64,000 bases of DNA from Blasia pusilla (lineage: Eukaryota), in NCBI GenBank assembly GCA_050084515.1, contig CM114271.1:41106001-41170000 (forward strand). Reading direction: 5' to 3'. The position numbers were made by a program, and so were the translations under genes. Below are positions 61,991-64,000 of the stretch, one piece after another (position 1 is the first letter of the stretch; the number at the start of each line of letters is the position of its first letter). Under the pieces are notes generated by a model that made no database searches, was not told where the DNA came from, and worked only from the letters and a program-made list of their open reading frames with translations.

Positions 61991-64000
61991 GACACGAGAA
62001 GGAGATCAGGACCATGGTTGCATGGAAACGAACATGTCCGTCCATAAGATGGACATGCCTAACGGATTTCCTGCCCAAGTTTTTTTGGTACCTTGGTGGC
62101 CTGCGTAGGCTCAAGACCTGTGAACGGATGCAGGCTTAGCTAGATTAAGAGAGGCAAGCAAGAATGGGCTCACACGTAGCCCGCACCGGCCCGCCCCAAG
62201 CCCGCATTGGGCCACATTAGGCCTGCACATGGCACGATGGACCATTATAGGATGGGCTCAAGGCCCGCAGCCATGCCCATGGCAGGCCTTGAATAATTCA
62301 ATGCAAGATATTTGAGGCACGTCAGCTCTAAATGCACAATTTACACTGTAACATTTCTTGTCTTAGAATCTTTCACTTTCATCTGCATCTCAACCAGCAT
62401 TTCTATCTCAATCATTCAACCATGATGCAATCCCATAGTGTAGATGTGGAGTTGTGTGCAGAGTTGTGGTGTAAGCACCACACAACCTACATCTATTTTT
62501 CCTCAAGTCTAAATCAAACTTTTGACACTTGGAGTGAAGCCCCATCTATGTCCCTCATGTGCCAATTTCCGTCCTCTGAGATTAGCTTGATGCAAGAGAC
62601 CATCGAGGTCCCATTGCCCAACTTGAATTTCACCGTCTATTAGACATCGTGCTAGATGCACAAAAAGAGAATTGATGCTCCAATGATCCTCAAAGTAAGT
62701 TAATCCAAAAAGAGATGGCTGGCGGAGGCCATCTGGCATTATATTATTATATTATTACAAACACGTGGAATGGCCACATGAGCTAGCACCCACCCAAATG
62801 CAATTACAAAGCTAAATTTGCCCAAATAAGGAACTCTTGAATAGGAGAAAGATGGAGTCCCGAGCACTCCAAAACATAATATCCTGTAGTGTCATGACTA
62901 TTATCTCACCTTCTATTGGATAACGTGCAAGCTGCACACAAAGGGAGGTGATGTTCAAACCACACTCATTATGTGTTGAAATTATTCCCAAGTGTGATAA
63001 GAAATTCATAGTAGCAATCCCCATCAACAAATGATGTCTCTTTATCATACATGCCAAACAGTTGACCCGTGAAGAATTCATGATGGCAAACCTACAGTTA
63101 AAATTGTGCTCCAAGTTTAGCTGAATTCCAGCAGGTTTATTATAATGCTCGTCAAAATCGCCTTGAGAAGACTCGTTCCGGAATCTGTGAGAGGCTGCGT
63201 TTATAGCTCAACCCATAGATCTTCTGCCTACTGAGTGTTTTCACTAAAATACCTAAGGTACAATTGGAACCTAGAATCCAAGAATCGTGGAGGAACCCTT
63301 AGTCCTGCAAGAAATCCATGCAAAGATTCTTCAGCTCAGATGATTCTGCATATGAATGACCTCTTTGCAGAGAGAATAGTCGAAGCCTCTGGAAGGATCT
63401 CAAGCTCAAATTTTCTATGGGGAGACTTGGTTTTAGCAGAGCCGTTCCTTCTAGCTTTGTAGCTGTGAAATTCCTTTCATATTGTGGAAAATCTCATATG
63501 GCTACAGCTGACTCCACCAATTGCTGCACAAATTCAACAGGGCCATGATTAGAACCTGTCTGTAAAGTGACAAATGAATATCTGAAGAAAGGCAGAAGAA
63601 AACTGACTTTCAAATTTGTAAAAGTCTACTCTGCAATGGAGTGTTAAGACCTGCATGATGATCCCACTTTGTGGGTGTCATTGATTCCATGCACTTCAAA
63701 GCCTTCTGTTGTATAGAATTGTATTTGGATATGATCGTTCATAAGACTATATTGACGTATGATCCTGCAGCAGGCTGTACGCGATGGAGAAGCAAACACA
63801 ACTGTATCAGTTGGAGTAAGGAATTTATATCATTTTTTGTCACAGCAACCTTTGAAACTCAGAAGGTTTCATATAGCTCACCAATTGGAGGTGATAATCT
63901 TTCAACCAAAAGGAGATGCTATGTTACCTCAGAAGGAGCAACTAGTCCTTGGCTCTGCAGTAGTGTTGTCAAACCTTATCTGATTCAAAGTGCTTCCCTG

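Noticed and set aside
62130-62300. GGCCC/GCCCG-rich stretch resembling hAT subterminal repeats
   Set aside because: Termini and an 8-bp TSD could not be defined.
63115-64000. Possible host gene exons at the window end
   Set aside because: Only short ORFs with no recognisable domain or supportable splice structure.

Overview
This is eukaryotic DNA, most likely from an early-diverging land plant (inferred from the element types). It is a heterochromatin-like nest of decayed transposons, and I could not identify a confident host gene. Most of the window is a Ty3/Gypsy-like family with the order gag(2xCCHC)-protease-C5 DNA methyltransferase-RT-RNaseH-DDE integrase-PHD finger; copies and fragments lie at 187-7275, 7276-17562, 37848-41466, 43930-44385, 44575-48810, 49225-51232, 56417-60790 and 60985-61990. 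This family lacks canonical LTRs and a visible tRNA PBS. It instead has split direct repeats (A ... PPT-like-B-gc-A-B) with TG/CA ends and a palindromic B|A junction. Also present are a full-length, degenerate chromodomain Gypsy (8876-16246, with LTRs, PBS-Met, PPT and TSD), a MULE/SWIM transposase pseudogene, CACTA-type termini linked to an inversion, a CRE-like LINE endonuclease fragment, a 632-bp duplication flanking a one-ended insertion, and several small repeats and hairpins. All element ORFs are interrupted by stops or frameshifts.
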